64,000 bases of DNA from Takakia lepidozioides (lineage: Eukaryota > Plantae > Bryophyta): the NCBI GenBank assembly GCA_030704615.1, contig CM060731.1:54746001-54810000 (forward strand). Reading direction: 5' to 3'. Below, in pieces: positions 61,800-64,000 of this stretch (its first letter is position 1; the number at the start of each line of letters is the position of its first letter). Position numbers and translations under genes: made by a program. The notes beneath the pieces are model-generated. The model saw nothing but the letters and a program-made list of their open reading frames with translations, did not search any database and had not been told where the DNA came from.

Positions 61800-62985
61800 C
61801 AGTGAAGGGAGATCCATTGCCTGCTGCTAAAGTGCAGCAGTGTGCTGAAAGAGAGCGAACCCCTCACAGCAACCTAGCCCTGACCGAGAGACTTCCATAA
61901 AGTTAAGCTTGCAGCTGAGATTATCGAAGAGCTAATCTACAACTACACTTAACGAAAATTTAGCCTGGAAGTAGTGGCGGGGTGCTTGACGTGTTTCCAG
62001 TTCACGTCTCTATCAAATTCCGGCGAGGCCGTGGAGTGGAGCTCTGAGGTCTCTCCAGCGCTGAAGGGGGAGAACGTTCCAAATACAGTGTTCCTGCTCG
62101 TCGCTTTGACAAATGACGCCATGGCACGCCCACGTCTTCCTGAATGATGCATGGATTGCTGGCGCCTGCCTTGGAGTCTTGTGACAGTCTGCAACACATT
62201 TTGCCCAAGCTTTTTTCGACTCTGTTAAAAGATCTTTGTACACCAGAGCCAACAAAGCTGAGGTACTGATTGTCTCCTTGCTAAAGGTCTTTTTACATCT
62301 AGCACGCCATAGGTGCCATAACGTAAAAGCGCGAAGAGTCTCGAAGACCGGACATGGAAAGAATCGGCCCTTGGTTGTTAAGTAGCAGATCCAGAGGGCC
62401 AATGTTTGAGAGACTCCAATGTCTGTAGAATACCTTGATGAAGGGCCTAATTTTGGCTGGAGCTATACAGGTCAGAAGGCAGTGTTCATGAGTTTCAATG
62501 ATACTCGAGGAGCAGCATCAACATAAAAGAGCTTCATGGAATTGCAGCCATTCTCCCACTTTTAGGGCTCTGTTCGCTACTTGCCATAAAAATGCTGAGA
62601 TCTTGGCCGGCCTAATTTTTAGCCAGATAGAAGACCAGATTGCTGACCAGTTCTCATTCGAGAAACCAAAGTGACTCCATTTGCTATTCCACTTAGTGGA
62701 GAGGGCTGGCTGTGTGTTAAGAGCCCTATAAGCCATCTTGGGGGTGTAGGTAAGAAGGGGTGATGCAGTGCGGCCAAAGGTCCATTCCCATTCCTTGGGG
62801 TCTAGCTGGAGGTCCGCTAGAGGTCTTCCTAGGATCCAAACAAATGTGGAGGTATTGACCCAGTACATGACAGATATGGTAAGAGGTGGTTGGGGATCAA
62901 ACTCTTTGAACTTAGATGACCAATTGCAAATTCTCACTGGGGTATGAATGAAACGTGGGAAGAGGGGTTGGGATTGTGAAACCAA
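61800..62985 (-). mobile_element. Second L1-type LINE, 5'-truncated 3' fragment (zf-RVT region)
   Basis: YTPKMAYRAL..WSAIWSSIWLKIRPAKISAFLWQVANRALKVGEWL and FTLWHLWRARCKKTFSK parallel the ORF2 C-terminus at 26400-27000. Confidence 0.75.
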
Positions 62986-63527
62986 AACTTTTCAGATTTC
63001 TATATAACCCCGGGTATGGATATATATGCCAAAATATACCCTGAGGATATGAATAGTTTCCGGGTATGGATAGTTATTTCTATTAATATATAATTTAATG
63101 GTTTTAAAGAATATATGATGTTTTTGTGTTTTTTTTGGTTTTTTTTTTTCAAAAAGGAAACCTGGGAGCGACTCACAAGATGTTCTTCAATATGTACAAA
63201 AAAAAAAACTTTGGTAAAAGAGAAAATTGATAAGATATTGCATAATATTTGGTGTTAATTTCCAATGCAAGATGGAGGAGGTTTGAGATTTTTTTTTTAA
63301 AACACATCAGCTGGTAGCTCAGCTGGTAAATGCACAGTGAGTGTCACAGTGTGTGGGATTGTTCGTGTGACGGTATGGCGTTGATCGTCTATGGCCCATA
63401 AATGAAAGGGGGTTAATCTTTCCCCTCCTCAAGGGCCTGAATTGTGGGGTGTCGCTCCCAGATTTCCTTAAATAAATAAATAAATAAAAACCCCTCAAGG
63501 ACCTAAATTGTGGGCTGTCAGGTTTCC

Positions 63528-63555
63528 TTATATATATATATATATATATATATAT
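63528..63555. repeat. (TA)n microsatellite
   Basis: Direct reading of the sequence. Confidence 0.9.
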
Positions 63556-63699
63556 GCGAGATCTGAAGAGGTATTGTTTGGGTTATATGACATTTAAGGA
63601 ATGATATTTATGTAACATTTGTTTTAGTTGTGATTGGAGCTTTCTTATAGCTCAAGGCTCCCTAACAACACAACAAAAAGAGAAAAGACCTAGCACATA

Positions 63700-64000
63700 A
63701 AGGCCCTTATATACCCTGATTAGATATACCCTTCATTTTAACATATACCCTTCAGGAAAGTAGGGTATATTGAGCGTCTTGATGCAGGGTAAATATAAGG
63801 ATAAGGGTATATCATAAAAATATACCCTGATATAAGGGTATACATCCTGGTACCTAAACTTGCCACACCAGGGTGTATATATATCAATATACCCCATATA
63901 CCCGACGGGTATATCAGGGTAATTCATATACCCGCCCAACATGGTATATCTATGTCAAAACTAGCAAATTACCCTGATCCATAGAGTATGTGTTTTTACC
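63700..64000. repeat. Clustered ATACCC/GGGTAT short repeats in both orientations (also at ~61480-61710 and ~63000-63075); probable DNA-transposon subterminal region
   Basis: More than ten tataccc/gggtata motifs within 300 bp; related clusters flank the second LINE fragment. Confidence 0.5.

Noticed and set aside
63309-63490. tRNA gene or tRNA-derived SINE (TAGCTCAGCTGG A-box, (TAAA)n tail)
   Set aside because: No convincing B-box, cloverleaf or TSD; at best a decayed SINE.

Overview
Land-plant nuclear DNA, probably a bryophyte (inferred from gene and TE content). The first ~25 kb hold three intron-containing genes: a TNO1-like coiled-coil TGN protein (+, 5' end outside the window), a CML21/22-like EF-hand protein (-) whose intron 2 looks U12-type, and a P3A plasma-membrane H+-ATPase (+) apparently lacking the penultimate-Thr tail. 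The remaining ~39 kb are a nested TE cluster. A decayed L1-type LINE (-) is split inside ORF1 by a 10.8-kb element (32307-43091) with TGTC...GACA ends, a 4-bp AGGG target duplication, split direct repeats (A...B-A-B), a palindromic internal end-to-end junction and a candidate self-priming site. That element carries URM1 and UDP-glycosyltransferase gene fragments and a Ty3/Gypsy retrotransposon whose polyprotein has a C5 DNA-methyltransferase domain between protease and RT. Further right lie a kinase relic, a GCM/DDE/SWIM Mutator-like transposon with a convergent orphan ORF, a second Gypsy fragment, a 181-bp satellite, an RLE-type non-LTR fragment and a second L1 fragment. The best leads are the DNMT-bearing Gypsy and the split-repeat element. 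Positions ~39.4-41.55 kb are indel-rich and may reflect poor consensus quality. All calls were made by eye, without database searches.
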